From assembly GCA_016871615.1 (NCBI GenBank), contig VHCX01000006.1, positions 5,171 to 69,170 on the forward strand: 64,000 bases of DNA, written 5' to 3'. Source of the stretch: Verrucomicrobiota bacterium. Lineage in GTDB: Bacteria > Verrucomicrobiota > Verrucomicrobiia > Limisphaerales > UBA9464. The notes beneath the pieces were generated by a model. The model saw only the letters and a list, made by a program, of their open reading frames with translations. It ran no database searches and was not told the DNA's origin. The translations under genes were made by a program, and so were the position numbers. Positions 10,402 to 21,064 of this stretch are shown here, piece after piece (the first letter of the stretch is position 1; every line of letters starts with the position of its first letter).

Positions 10402-11241
10402 TCAGAGGATGCTCTTGAAGCGGCGCTCCAGAAGGCTCATGGCCCGGTCGAGCGAGAAGCCGACCAGACCGATGGTCACGATGCAGAGGACGATGCTCGT
10501 GTAGAGGCCGTTGTTGTATTCGTTCCAGAGAAAGTTCCCGATGCCGATGCGACCGGTCAGCATCTCGACTGCCACGATGACCAACCAGGCGATGCCCAGG
10601 CTCAGTCGGTAGCCGGTGAACATGTACGGCAGCGTCGCCGGGATCATGATCCGGAACAGGGTCTGGGTCCGGGAGAGCTTCAGGACCCGGGCTACGTTCA
10701 GGTAGTCCTGCGGGATGGCCCGCACCCCGACCGCGGTGTTGAGGACCGTCGGCCACATGGCGCAGACCGCGATGGTGAAGAGTGCCGCCAACTCGTTGGC
10801 GCTCTTGCCGGCATTGGCAAAGAGCACCACCCCCAGCGGCATCCACGCCAGGGGCGACACCGGTCGCAGGACCTGGATGATCGGGTCGAACATCTTGGAG
10901 AACGTGGCCGAGAGGCCCAGGAGGAATCCCATCGGGGTTCCCAGGACCAGGGCGATGGCATAGCCCTTGGCCACGATCACCAGCGAGTACCACGTGAACC
11001 TAAGGATTCCCTGGTCGAGTTCCTCGCGTTTGGCGAAGGGTTCCACGACGTACTTGCGGGTCTTCTCCCAGGTCTGGACCGGACCGGGCAGGTCCTGGAC
11101 CCAGCCAAGCTTGACCTCCTCGACCGTCCCGTCGGCCAGGCTCCGGGTCACGGTCCGGCCCGAGATCATCTGCCAGGCCAGCAGGGTCAGGGCGATGCCC
11201 ACCAGCGGCATCACCACCGATTCCCAATGGATCTTCTTCAT
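10402..11241 (-). CDS. nrtB: Nitrate ABC transporter permease (NrtB)
   Basis: DPIIQVLRPVSPLAW, WPTVLNTAVGV, AWLVIVAVEML. Confidence 0.88.
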   Translation of the reverse strand: MKKIHWESVVMPLVGIALTLLAWQMISGRTVTRSLADGTVEEVKLGWVQDLPGPVQTWEKTRKYVVEPFAKREELDQGILRFTWYSLVIVAKGYAIALVLGTPMGFLLGLSATFSKMFDPIIQVLRPVSPLAWMPLGVVLFANAGKSANELAALFTIAVCAMWPTVLNTAVGVRAIPQDYLNVARVLKLSRTQTLFRIMIPATLPYMFTGYRLSLGIAWLVIVAVEMLTGRIGIGNFLWNEYNNGLYTSIVLCIVTIGLVGFSLDRAMSLLERRFKSIL

Positions 11242-11247
11242 GAGGGG

Positions 11248-12510
11248 TCAGCCCTTGAGGTTCTTCACCGCGAAGGCCTGGGCATAGGCCTCGGGCTGTG
11301 CGGGATCGAAGGGGATGCCGTCGAAGAGCGTCTCGGGGCGATCGTCACGCCCGCCATGGACGACCCCGATCTCCTTCATGGCCGCCTCGTAGAGATCGGC
11401 GCGCGCCACCTTCGCGGCGATGCCGGCATAGTCGGGAGCGCCGGCGACCATCCCCCAACGCCGCAACTGGCTGAGCCACCAGGCCACATACTTGGGCTGG
11501 GGGTAGTTGCAGTTGCGCTCGTGGAAGATCATGGGGAACGGATCCTTGTACTTCCGGCCGTCTCCCAGGTCGTAGTCGCCCAGGAGCCGTCCGAGGATCA
11601 CGTCCTTCGGGCAGTTCACGTAGCTGGGCTTGCTGACGATGTCGCACTGCTCCGGGCGATTGCCCAGGTCATCGAGCCACACCGAGGCCTCATGCAGGGC
11701 CTTGAGCACGGCCTTCACGGTCTTCGGGTTCTTGTCGGCGTATTCGGCCAGGAAGGCGCAGACCTTCTCGGGATGGTCCTTCCAGAGCTTCTGCGTGGTG
11801 ATGGCGGTGAAGCCGATCTTGTCGCTGACCGCACGGGCGTTCCACGGCTCGCCGACACAGAAGCCGTCCATCTTGCCCACCTTCATGTTGGCGACCATCT
11901 GTGGCGGCGGGATGGTGATGAGGTTGACGTCCTTGTCGGGATGGATGCCTCCGGCCGCGAGGTAGTAGCGCAACCACATGGCATGCGTCCCCGGCGGGAA
12001 GGTCATGGCGAAGGTCATGGGTTCGCCCAGGGACTTGGCCTTCTCGACGAAGGGCTTCAGCGCCTTGGGATCCTCCTGCACCTTGCCGAGGAACTCGGAC
12101 TTGAGGGTGATCGCCTGGCCGTTGCGATTTAGGATCCAGGGGAAGACCATGGGCTTCTTGGCCGAGCCCAGCAGCCCCATGGTCGATGCGATGGGCATGC
12201 CGATGAGCATGTGGGTGGCCTGGTTGTCGCCGGTCTGGAGCTTGTCCCGGATGACGGCCCAACTGGCCTCCTTCGAGATCGAGGACTGGATGCCGTGTTT
12301 CTTGAAGAGCCCCTTCTCGTGGGCGATGACGATCGGGGAGCAATCGGTCAGCGCGATGATCCCGAAGCGCAAATTCGGCGACTCCGGCGAGTCGTCGGCG
12401 TACACCGAACCGGTCCAGCCGGCGGGGAGGCCGGCCAGCAGGGATCCGGCGACGGTGGTGCGGAGGAAGTGACGACGGGTGGTTTCAGGCCGACAGGGTC
12501 TGGGGTTCAT
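11248..12510 (-). CDS. nrtA: Nitrate ABC transporter substrate-binding protein (NrtA/CmpA family), Tat-exported
   Basis: TRRHFL Tat motif after ATG 12510; GIIALTDC, MTFPPGTH, DGFCVGEPWN, HPEK. Confidence 0.85.
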   Translation of the reverse strand: MNPRPCRPETTRRHFLRTTVAGSLLAGLPAGWTGSVYADDSPESPNLRFGIIALTDCSPIVIAHEKGLFKKHGIQSSISKEASWAVIRDKLQTGDNQATHMLIGMPIASTMGLLGSAKKPMVFPWILNRNGQAITLKSEFLGKVQEDPKALKPFVEKAKSLGEPMTFAMTFPPGTHAMWLRYYLAAGGIHPDKDVNLITIPPPQMVANMKVGKMDGFCVGEPWNARAVSDKIGFTAITTQKLWKDHPEKVCAFLAEYADKNPKTVKAVLKALHEASVWLDDLGNRPEQCDIVSKPSYVNCPKDVILGRLLGDYDLGDGRKYKDPFPMIFHERNCNYPQPKYVAWWLSQLRRWGMVAGAPDYAGIAAKVARADLYEAAMKEIGVVHGGRDDRPETLFDGIPFDPAQPEAYAQAFAVKNLKG

Positions 12511-13606
12511 GGGGATTGGGGAGGGGTTTGTGCGGGGAAGCGGACTTGGAAAGACGGCGGCGCGCGGCCTCGTAGACCTCCATGCGGAAGACCGAACCGA
12601 GCCACGCGGGCCGGATGGGCCCGGTCGGCCGGTCCCCGTAGAGTTCACGGAGGATCCAATGCACTTTCTCCGGGCTGGGCTCGTTGGTGTCGAAGCGGTG
12701 GAAGCAGTTGAACTCCGGGAGAGTGCAGGACCTGCCCGGCGAGGTGGGGATCACCCCGGTCCAACCCGGCCGGATGAACTCGGCGGGCAGGTGCAGGAAT
12801 TCCGGGCGTGAGAGCAGCGCGATCACCGTGTCAGCCTCCCCGGGCAGGTCGCAGATGCAGCAGGCTTCCAGCAGTGCCGCGACCAACCGTTCATGCTGTT
12901 CGGGTTCGTCGTCGGCCCACTGGCCTCGGACCGCCAGCACCTTCTCCGGGTGACGCGGCGCCACCGAACAGCTCGTGGCCGGGCAGTATCCGAATCCGCG
13001 CAGCACGGCCTCGGAGTTCCAGGGTTCGCCGACGCAATACCCGTCCAGGTGCCCGGAACTCAGGCCCGTGAGGATTTGCCTGGGGGGCACGACGACCAGC
13101 CGATAGTCGCGACCCTCGACCATGTTCGCCGTCGACAACCATCCCCGGAGCAATCGCGAGTGCGTGGAGCAGGTCGAGACCGTGCCCAGGGTGATCGGAC
13201 CCCCTCGACGGCGGACGACCCACCGGGCGAGGTCCTCGGCGCTGTGGACCCCATCATCATGGAACCGACGCGCCAGGGTGATGGCATTGCCGTTCAGATT
13301 GAGCACCAGGGCGGTGCAGCACGGCGTGGGGAGCCCTTCGAGGCCCAGGCTCAGGTGCAGGGGCAGGCCGCAGGGCGCATGGGCCGCCTCCAACTCACCG
13401 TTGGCCAGCTTGCTTCGGATCGAGGCCCAACCCAGCTCCCGACTCAGGCGGACCTGCAGGCCCTGTCGTGCGAAGAGCCCGTATTCTTGGGCGACGATCA
13501 GCGGCGCGCAGTCGTTCAACGGGACGAAACCCACCCGGATCTCCGAAAACCCGACGGCATGGCGGGACCGGGACCGTTCCAGCGGGCTGGCGGTGACACG
13601 ACTCAT
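12485..13606 (-). CDS. Cytoplasmic NrtA-fold protein, NasS-like nitrate sensor
   Basis: GFVPLNDCAPL, NGNAIT, DGYCVGEPWN, HPEKVL. No signal peptide; first gene of the operon. Confidence 0.7.
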   Translation of the reverse strand: MSRVTASPLERSRSRHAVGFSEIRVGFVPLNDCAPLIVAQEYGLFARQGLQVRLSRELGWASIRSKLANGELEAAHAPCGLPLHLSLGLEGLPTPCCTALVLNLNGNAITLARRFHDDGVHSAEDLARWVVRRRGGPITLGTVSTCSTHSRLLRGWLSTANMVEGRDYRLVVVPPRQILTGLSSGHLDGYCVGEPWNSEAVLRGFGYCPATSCSVAPRHPEKVLAVRGQWADDEPEQHERLVAALLEACCICDLPGEADTVIALLSRPEFLHLPAEFIRPGWTGVIPTSPGRSCTLPEFNCFHRFDTNEPSPEKVHWILRELYGDRPTGPIRPAWLGSVFRMEVYEAARRRLSKSASPHKPLPNPHEPQTLSA

Positions 13607-13620
13607 TCCTGCCACCGTGC

Positions 13621-13638
13621 TAGCGCAGCGGATGCCGA
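13621..13638 (-). promoter_or_regulatory. Possible sigma54 (-24/-12) promoter of nitrate operon
   Basis: Minus strand TCGGCATCCGCTGCGCTA has GG-N10-GC spacing but lacks the TT before GC. Confidence 0.3.
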
Positions 13639-13671
13639 CAGGCGGGTTGGCACCCGAAGAAATCGGTCGAA

Positions 13672-13695
13672 GGTTTCATCCGAACGATGAAAACC
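13672..13695. promoter_or_regulatory. AT-rich palindrome, candidate transcription-factor site
   Basis: GGTTTCATC-cgaac-GATGAAAACC, with a perfect TTTCATC/GATGAAA core. Confidence 0.45.
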
Positions 13696-13928
13696 ATTCA
13701 CCATCCAGGTTTCACCTCGCAGCAGCGGGCTCGGGCGTCGACACCGTGGAGGTGCCGGGCGGGCGCCGGCATCAGGATCGGGCACCCGGCTGGCTGGGTC
13801 GACACCGCCGGGGAGGCCTCCAAACCACCCCGGGCCGGATGGGGGTTGGCGTTTTCTGGACAGGCTGGGCAGGAATCATTGCCCGGATGGGACCATGCGC
13901 GGCTTCGGGAATGCCGGCGACGACCCCG

Positions 13929-15881
13929 TCAATGGGCCTGATCGAGCGCCGCAACGATGGAATCGACATCGTACACGCAGCCACCCCAGGTGCCGCCGCT
14001 GGCCCGGACCAAGGCGGCCCAGAGACGCGTGTCGGCGGGGAGCTTCTCGTGCGGGGCGAGCCCGGGATGGGGCGTTCGCGACCGCAATTCGGACTCGGCC
14101 GTCGCGTCATCCCAGGGACCGTCGGCATCGCCCACGAGGTCCACCGAGCCCTCCAGGGTCCGGCAGTCGATGCGCACGCGGATCCGGTCGCCGTCCCGCA
14201 CCTTGCCGATGGGTCCGCCGGCCAAGGCCTCCGGACCCACATGGCCGATGCACGCACCGGTGGAGACGCCGCTGAAGCGGGCGTCGGTGATGAGCGCCAC
14301 GTGCTTGCCGAAGGGCAGGTGCTTGAGGGCCGAGGTGAGCTGGTAGGTCTCCTCCATGCCCGTGCCCATCGGGCCGACGCCCGCGAGCACCAGCACGTCG
14401 CCGGCACGGATGCGGCCCGCCTTGATGGCGGCGATGGCATCGCGCTCGCGGGTGAAGACCCGGGCCGGACCCTCGAGCGAGAAGACCCCGTCCGCCGAGA
14501 GCATCGACGGGTCGATGGCCGTGCTCTTGATGACGGCCCCCTCGGGCGCGAGGTTGCCACGCGGGAAGGTGACCGTGCTGGTGAGGCCTCGCTCCCGGGC
14601 CAGCGGAGGCGGCAGGACGACCGAGTCGGGATCGACGCCGTCGGCCTCGCGCAGCCGCTCGCGCAACACGGCACGGCGCTCCGAGCCGGCCCAGGCCTCG
14701 AGCATGTCGCCCAGACGGTCGCCGGTGGCCGTGAGGGCCTCGAGGTCCAGCAGGCCGAGGTCGCGCAGGTGCCGCATCACCTCGGGCACGCCACCGGCCA
14801 GGAAGGCGCGGACGGTCGGATGATGGGTCGGGCCGTTGGGCATGACGCTGACCAGGCGCGGCGTGCGTCGGTTGATGGCGATCCAGTCGTCCACCGTGGG
14901 CCGACGCAGGCCGGCCGCATGGGCGATGGCGGGGATGTGCAGGAGCAGGTTGGTGGATCCACCGAAGGCGGCATGCACCGTCATCGCGTTGCGCAACGCC
15001 GCGTCGGTGAGCACCGAGCGGGTGGCGCGGCCGGCCGCCTCGCGGGCCATGAGGGCCCGGGCGGAGTCGCGGGCCAACTGCACCCAGATGGGCTCGCCGC
15101 TCGGGGCCAGGGCCGAATGCGGCAGGGCCAGTCCCAGCGCCTCGCCCACCACCTGCGAGGTCGCGGCCGTGCCGAGGAACTGGCATCCGCCGCCCGGCGT
15201 GCCGCAGGCGCGGCAGCCAAGGTCGGCCGCCTCGTCGAGGGTCACGAGCCCGTGCGAGAACCGCGCACCCAAGGTCTGCACCGTGCCGGCGTCCTCGCCG
15301 CGCTCCGGGGGCAGCGTGACCCCGCCGGGGACGAGCACGGTGGGCAGGTCCGACTGGGCGGCCAGGGCCATCATCATCGCCGGCAGGCCCTTGTCGCAGG
15401 TGGCCACGCCGAGCACGCCGACGCGCTGGGGCAGCGAGCGGATGAGGCGGCGGAAGACGATGGCCGCATCGTTGCGGTAGGGGAGGCTGTCGAACATGCC
15501 CACCGTGCCCTGCGTGCGACCGTCGCACGGGTCCGACACGCTGGCGGCGAAGGGCAGCGCCCTGCCCTCGCGGAAGGTCTCGGCCGCGGCCCACGAGAGC
15601 AGCCCGATCTCCCAGTGCCCGGTGTGATAGCCCAAGGCGATGGGCCGGCCGTCCTCGGCGCGGATCCCGCCCTGGGTGCTGAGGATGAGGAATTGCCGGC
15701 GGCCCAGCTCGGAGGGATTCCATCCCATGCCGGCGTTCTGGGTCATGCCGAAGAGGTCCCCGCTCGGGGCCTCGCGGAGCATCGCCTCGGTCAGCGGCAG
15801 CTTCCCCGAGGGTCCGGGCGCGCGGGTGCGGATCCGGGCCAGGGATTCCGGGAACGGGCCGAAGAGGTCGCGGGCCGTCAT
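13929..15881 (-). CDS. YjhG/YagF-family D-xylonate dehydratase (IlvD/Edd superfamily)
   Basis: [49 protein letters not shown]. Start MTARDL at 15881. Confidence 0.88.
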   Translation of the reverse strand: MTARDLFGPFPESLARIRTRAPGPSGKLPLTEAMLREAPSGDLFGMTQNAGMGWNPSELGRRQFLILSTQGGIRAEDGRPIALGYHTGHWEIGLLSWAAAETFREGRALPFAASVSDPCDGRTQGTVGMFDSLPYRNDAAIVFRRLIRSLPQRVGVLGVATCDKGLPAMMMALAAQSDLPTVLVPGGVTLPPERGEDAGTVQTLGARFSHGLVTLDEAADLGCRACGTPGGGCQFLGTAATSQVVGEALGLALPHSALAPSGEPIWVQLARDSARALMAREAAGRATRSVLTDAALRNAMTVHAAFGGSTNLLLHIPAIAHAAGLRRPTVDDWIAINRRTPRLVSVMPNGPTHHPTVRAFLAGGVPEVMRHLRDLGLLDLEALTATGDRLGDMLEAWAGSERRAVLRERLREADGVDPDSVVLPPPLARERGLTSTVTFPRGNLAPEGAVIKSTAIDPSMLSADGVFSLEGPARVFTRERDAIAAIKAGRIRAGDVLVLAGVGPMGTGMEETYQLTSALKHLPFGKHVALITDARFSGVSTGACIGHVGPEALAGGPIGKVRDGDRIRVRIDCRTLEGSVDLVGDADGPWDDATAESELRSRTPHPGLAPHEKLPADTRLWAALVRASGGTWGGCVYDVDSIVAALDQAH

Positions 15882-15943
15882 GGGTTGGTCAGAGTGGCTC
15901 CGGGGAGCGCGGCGACGGTCCCCGGGGTGCCCGGGGTGGCGGT

Positions 15944-16153
15944 TCAGGGCTTGCGGTGGGTCGGCACGTGGGTGTCCCAGGTGCGGCCTGACTCCGGGGA
16001 CACATGGGTGAATCCGAAGCCGGCCGGGGGGTTCGGGATGCGGATCAGGTGCTTGCAGCCCGGACACTGGATCTGCCGTCCGGCGAAACGCACCTCGCAC
16101 TTGAGCGGCTGGTCGCAATGCGAACAGAAGAACTTGAAGTCGGCGGTCTCCAT
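15944..16153 (-). CDS. Small zinc-ribbon protein
   Basis: [17 protein letters not shown]...IQCPGCKHL, with two CxxC pairs. Confidence 0.65.
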   Translation of the reverse strand: METADFKFFCSHCDQPLKCEVRFAGRQIQCPGCKHLIRIPNPPAGFGFTHVSPESGRTWDTHVPTHRKP

Positions 16154-16254
16154 GACGCGAGTGAACCCCCGGGGCCGCCCCCCCGCCATCCCGAAATGGA
16201 CGACCCAACCGGGCCGAAAACCAACCTCGGAGGCCGTGAGATGAGGACCGGGCC

Positions 16255-17571
16255 CTAGATGGCGAAGTCGTTGTACTCGGGCTTCACGGCCTCGAGCGGC
16301 GGCTGGAGCATGCCGGCGGCGACGGTGGCGTTGGTGCCCTGCTCCACCAGGATGAAGGCCCCGGTGAGGCGGTTGGTGCGGTAGCCGTCGAAGACGATGG
16401 GCTTGGCCGTGCGGAGACGCACGCGGCCGATGTCGTTCATGACGAGCTCGGCGGGCTCGGGCTCCTCCTCGAGGGCCTGGATGTTGATGCGGCTCTCCAG
16501 CGAGGTCACCACCGCCTGAACGGTCTGGGTCGAATGCTTGAGGAAGAGCTTGCGGCCCTTCTGCAGGGGGCGCGGGTTCATCCAACAGACTTGCGCGGCC
16601 AGGTCGTTCGAGAGGCCCGGCAGGGCATCGAGCCCGACGATCATGTCACCCCGGCTGATGTCGAGGTCGTGCTCGAGCTGCAGCGTGACGCTCTGCGGGC
16701 AGAAGGCCTCCTCCAGCTCGCCGTCGAGCGTCCAGATCTTGTGCACGGTGCTCTTGAGGCCGCTGGGCAGCACCATGATGCGCTGGCCCCGGCGCACGAT
16801 GCCGCTGGCGATCTGGCCGCTGAGGCCGCGGAAATCGTGCAGCTGCGGGTCGGTGGGGTTGTTGGGCCGGTTCACCCACTGCACCGGGAAGCGCAGGCCC
16901 TGGAGGTTCCAGTCGCTGGCGATGTGCACCGTCTCGAGGTGGCCGAGCAGCGTCGGTCCGGAATACCAGGGCGTGTGCGGCGACGGGTCCACCACGTTGT
17001 CGCCATTGAGGGCGCTCAGGGGGATGAACTTCACGTCCTTGATGTCGAGGCGCGGCAGGAAGCTCTCGAAGGTCTCGCGGATCTCGTGGAACCGGGCCTC
17101 GGACCAGCCCACCAGGTCCATCTTGTTCACCGCGATCACCAGGTGCGGGATGCGCAGCAACGAGGCGAGGTAGGTGTGCCGGCGCGACTGCTCGATCACG
17201 CCCTGGCGAGCGTCCACCAGCACGATCGACAGGTTCGCCGTCGAGGCGCCCGTGACCATGTTGCGGGTGTACTGCACATGGCCCGGGGTGTCGGCCACGA
17301 TGAACTTGCGCCGCGGCGTCGCGAAGTAGCGGTAGGCGACATCGATGGTGATGCCCTGCTCGCGCTCGGCCCGCAGGCCGTCGGTGAGGTTGGCCAGGTT
17401 GATCTGCCCGCCGCCGCTCAGGTCCGCCGAGCGCTCGAGCGCCTCCAGCTGGTCCTCCATGATCGACTTGGAGTCGTAGAGCAGCCGGCCGATGAGCGTG
17501 GACTTGCCGTCGTCCACCGAGCCGCAGGTGTTGAAACGCAACAATTCGATCGGATGTGTCGGGACAGACAT
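16255..17571 (-). CDS. cysN: Sulfate adenylyltransferase subunit 1 (GTPase)
   Basis: [45 protein letters not shown]. No APS-kinase tail. Confidence 0.93.
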   Translation of the reverse strand: MSVPTHPIELLRFNTCGSVDDGKSTLIGRLLYDSKSIMEDQLEALERSADLSGGGQINLANLTDGLRAEREQGITIDVAYRYFATPRRKFIVADTPGHVQYTRNMVTGASTANLSIVLVDARQGVIEQSRRHTYLASLLRIPHLVIAVNKMDLVGWSEARFHEIRETFESFLPRLDIKDVKFIPLSALNGDNVVDPSPHTPWYSGPTLLGHLETVHIASDWNLQGLRFPVQWVNRPNNPTDPQLHDFRGLSGQIASGIVRRGQRIMVLPSGLKSTVHKIWTLDGELEEAFCPQSVTLQLEHDLDISRGDMIVGLDALPGLSNDLAAQVCWMNPRPLQKGRKLFLKHSTQTVQAVVTSLESRINIQALEEEPEPAELVMNDIGRVRLRTAKPIVFDGYRTNRLTGAFILVEQGTNATVAAGMLQPPLEAVKPEYNDFAI

Positions 17572-17625
17572 GACCAAGGCCCGCGATTCAACGCCAACCC
17601 GCCCCACCGCGCACGTCAGAAAGAA

Positions 17626-17661
17626 CCCAAAAGGGGTCGGTCCTCACTTTTGACACAAGCC
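17626..17661 (+). repeat. Solo copy A of RAYT-flanking repeat
   Basis: CCCAAAAGGGGTCGGTCCTCACTTTTGACACAAGCC, near-identical to 46713-46745. Confidence 0.9.
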
Positions 17662-17750
17662 CCGGGCTCCGCGGACGCACCCCCGCCGGTTCCATGGTGC
17701 GGATCCTCCGGACCGACGGCGGCGGCGCATGCCCCCGGCCCCTCCCGGGA

Positions 17751-19334
17751 TCACCTCGTCTGATTCCGGAGGATGAGCACCGACGGGCCTTTCTCGCGCC
17801 AGAGTCCCTTGAGCTTGTGGGGCACCGGGGTGGGCATCTCGATGAGGGAGCCCAGCACGAGGTCGTCGTCGCCGTCGCCATCCAGGTCCCCGGCCTCGAG
17901 GGAGATCCAGCGTCCCGTGACGCCCTGCCGCAGGGTCTGGGCCTTGAAGGCCAGGTCCTTGCCGCCGGCGGGCGTCGTGTTCTCGAAGTGGAGGAAGCCC
18001 TCCTGCGGGGTGAGTTCGTAGTCGGGAAAGAAGGAGATGGCGGCGATGTCGAGGTCGCCGTCCCCGTCGAAGTCGCGGGCGATGGCCCGGTAGGCCCCGT
18101 GCAGGGGCGAGGACCAGGCCTGCTCCCAGCGGAGTCCGCCGCGGTTCCGCAGGATCCGCACGCCGTGGTAGGGCTTGTTGGGGGAGGTGTCGAAGTCGGC
18201 ATTATCACCGTTGGTGACGAGGATGTCCGGCAGGCCGTCGCGGTCGAAGTCGGCCAGCTCGAAGCCGGAGTGGCCCCAGCTCGGCGGCCTCTGCTGCACG
18301 AGTTGACGGCGGAACCGGCCGCCACCCTCGTTGAGGAAGAGCAGCAGCGATTCGCGCGCCTGCGCCTGCAGGACCATCAGGTCGGGTCGACCGTCGCCGT
18401 TGAAATCGCGGATCTCGGAGCGCAGACAACCGGGCTCGGGCAGGATGACCCGCTCGGTGAACCCGCCGTCGGCCCGCGCCTCCAGCCAGAGGAGCCGTCC
18501 AAGGTGGTTGCCGAAGGCGCAGACCACCAGGTCGGTGCGGCCGTCGCCGTTGAGGTCGCCGGCGGCCACGTGGGACACCCTCGGGAGTCCGGAGAGGATC
18601 GGCTCGGGGCGCAGGGGCGAGGCCTTGCGGTGGACACGGAACACCTGGCCCACCGGCTCCTCCCGCGGGAAGAAATGCCCGATGGCCCCGATGAACCAGT
18701 GGGCGTCGGCCGTGGCGAGGCTGACGGCGATGTTGCCCAGCGGCAGGGACCCGATCAGCCGGCCCGAGCCGTCGAGGACGTCGAGGCCCTGCCCGCCGGC
18801 GTCCGAGGCGAGGATCAGGCCCTCGGCCGGGTCGATGCGCACCATCGGGGTGCGCGGCGGGGAGCGCCGGTGCGGCGCCATCTCCGGCCGAAACCGCGGC
18901 AGGCCCACCTCGATGGAGGGCGGCTCGCCCGGATCGAGCCGTTCCGGCGCGGCGCGGGTGTAGTAGTCGGCGATCTGGTCGAACACCGCCGGCGGGATCA
19001 GCGGTCTGCCCGGGAAATAGCCGGCCGCCTGCAGGATGGGAAGGTCTCGGAAGTAGCCGTTGGTGGGCGCCGGATCGACCCCGGTCACGTAGCGCATCTT
19101 GGGCAGCAGCTCGCGGCTCCAGGTCCGGCGGTCGAGGTCGGACGGGCTCGGCAGCGCGTGGCAGAGCACGCAATGGATCGAAGCAGCCCGACGGCCCGGG
19201 TGGTCGGCGAGCGCGTCGGCCGTGGGCACCATGGGCGGCGAGAGATCACCCGGGCCGCCTCCGGCCAGGCACCGGACGAGCTGCAGGATCAACCCCAACG
19301 CGCCGACGGGCAGCACCCGGACCCCGGACGCCAC
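17751..19334 (-). CDS. FG-GAP/VCBS repeat protein with N-terminal CxxCH heme-binding motif
   Basis: CVLCH; repeats DLNGDGRTDL, DFNGDGRPDL, DFDRDGLPDI, DFDGDGDLDI, DLDGDGDDDL. Start uncertain. Confidence 0.75.
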   Translation of the reverse strand: MASGVRVLPVGALGLILQLVRCLAGGGPGDLSPPMVPTADALADHPGRRAASIHCVLCHALPSPSDLDRRTWSRELLPKMRYVTGVDPAPTNGYFRDLPILQAAGYFPGRPLIPPAVFDQIADYYTRAAPERLDPGEPPSIEVGLPRFRPEMAPHRRSPPRTPMVRIDPAEGLILASDAGGQGLDVLDGSGRLIGSLPLGNIAVSLATADAHWFIGAIGHFFPREEPVGQVFRVHRKASPLRPEPILSGLPRVSHVAAGDLNGDGRTDLVVCAFGNHLGRLLWLEARADGGFTERVILPEPGCLRSEIRDFNGDGRPDLMVLQAQARESLLLFLNEGGGRFRRQLVQQRPPSWGHSGFELADFDRDGLPDILVTNGDNADFDTSPNKPYHGVRILRNRGGLRWEQAWSSPLHGAYRAIARDFDGDGDLDIAAISFFPDYELTPQEGFLHFENTTPAGGKDLAFKAQTLRQGVTGRWISLEAGDLDGDGDDDLVLGSLIEMPTPVPHKLKGLWREKGPSVLILRNQTR

Positions 19335-19545
19335 GCCGTGGAGTCCTGGGCCACCGGATCGGGATGGAGACCGCAGGATCCTCAAGCGTCCCCAGGCTAA
19401 CCCCGAACCAGCCGCGATGGAAGGGGCCGAATCCCGGGCCGGCGGAATGCCGGCCTCTCGCATCGCTGGGGGAATTTTGCCGGTGCCGACGGAGCGGCTG
19501 AGGATGCCGGAGGGCCCTGCCAGCCAGCCCGACACCCCGGGGACC

Positions 19546-21039
19546 TCAGTGGGCCGCCTTGACCGGGGCGGCCGTCGCCGCCGGTCGGGCAAGGCCCGCC
19601 ACGGCCTGGTCGGCGAGCTTCACCAGTCCCTGCGGGAAGACCCCGAGCACCAGGATCCCGACCACGCAGGCCCCGAGCAGGATGCGCGTGGGCAGGGCCA
19701 CCGGGATGGTCGAGAGGTTGGCCGACTGGCCACCCCAGTAGATCGCCCGGATCACGCCGAAGTAGTAGTAGAGCGAGAGCACCACGCCGAAGACCGCCAC
19801 GGCGATCAACGCATAGAGCTCCGGGTGGCCCGGCGCGGCGGCGAGCACCCCCTGGATGAGCAGCACCTTGCCGAAGAATCCGGCCATCGGCGGGATGCCC
19901 GCCAGCGACACGATGGCCGTGGTCAGGCCGGCCGCCAGGAGGGGCGAGCGCTGGCCGAGGCCGGAGAGCCCGCCGATGTCGTCGCCCTCGACATGGTTGG
20001 CAAGCGCGCTGATCACGGCGAAGGCCGCCAGCACCGTGAAGGCGTAGCCGCCGAGGTAAATGAGCATGGCCGTCGGGCCGGCCGAGGTGCCGGTGTACGA
20101 CGACGCGACCAGCCCCAGCAGCAGGTAGCCGGCATTGGCGATGGACGAGTAGCCCATGAGGCGCTTGAGGTTGCGCTGCGGGATGGCACAAAGGCTACCG
20201 TAGAGGATCGTCGCGGCGGCCATGGCCACGAACAGGTGCTGCCACATGGCCGTGATCTGCGGGAGCGCCCCGACGAAGAGCCGGATCAGCAGGACGAAGC
20301 CGGCGGCCTTGGAGCCGATGGCCAGGAAGGCCGTCGCGGGCGCGGGCGAGCCCTGGTAGACGTCCGGCGCCCACATCTGGAGCGGCACGGCGGCGATCTT
20401 GAACCCGAGGCCGACGAGGATGAGCAGCAGGCCCACCAGGAAGACGGCCGAACCGGCGAGTTCCTTCTGCTTGGCGGCCAGGACGTTGAAGTTCGTGGAG
20501 TTGGCCATGCCGAAGACCAGGGCGATGCCGAAGACCATGAAGGCCGAGGACACGCCGCCCAGGATGAGGTACTTCACGCCGGCCTCCAGCGAGGCCAGGC
20601 GGGTCCGCTGGAAGCTGTTCAGCACATAGAAGGTGACCGTGACCAGCTCGAGGCTGACGAAGAGCAGCCCCAGGTCGTTGGCCGAGGCGGCGAAGAGCAT
20701 GCCCACCAGCGCGAAGACGGTGAGGGCGAAGAACTCGGAGAGCCCGGCCCCGAGCCTGGGGGCGAACTCGGACGCCATCAGGACCACCGCCAGCCCGGCC
20801 AGGAGGAAGAAGCCCTTGAAGTATCGGGCGAGGTCGTCGACCACGAACATGCCGGAGAAGGCCGAGCCCGACTGCGGGGCCAGCGATCCGATGGCGAAGG
20901 CCAGCAGGCAGCAGAGCGCGGCGGCCAGGCCCAGTCCAAGGGACCTGCGGACCGTGGGGGAGACCCAGAGGTCGGCCACGAGCACGACCAGACCCAGCAG
21001 GGCCGCCAGGAGTTCCAGGGTGATCAGCGAGTAATTCAT
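19546..21039 (-). CDS. nuoN: NADH-quinone oxidoreductase subunit N
   Basis: EAGVKYL, FKIAAVP..MWAPDVYQG, KRLMGYSSI, GFFGK. Confidence 0.95.
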   Translation of the reverse strand: MNYSLITLELLAALLGLVVLVADLWVSPTVRRSLGLGLAAALCCLLAFAIGSLAPQSGSAFSGMFVVDDLARYFKGFFLLAGLAVVLMASEFAPRLGAGLSEFFALTVFALVGMLFAASANDLGLLFVSLELVTVTFYVLNSFQRTRLASLEAGVKYLILGGVSSAFMVFGIALVFGMANSTNFNVLAAKQKELAGSAVFLVGLLLILVGLGFKIAAVPLQMWAPDVYQGSPAPATAFLAIGSKAAGFVLLIRLFVGALPQITAMWQHLFVAMAAATILYGSLCAIPQRNLKRLMGYSSIANAGYLLLGLVASSYTGTSAGPTAMLIYLGGYAFTVLAAFAVISALANHVEGDDIGGLSGLGQRSPLLAAGLTTAIVSLAGIPPMAGFFGKVLLIQGVLAAAPGHPELYALIAVAVFGVVLSLYYYFGVIRAIYWGGQSANLSTIPVALPTRILLGACVVGILVLGVFPQGLVKLADQAVAGLARPAATAAPVKAAH

Positions 21040-21064
21040 GGAGGGAAGGACGGGGCTGGACGGC

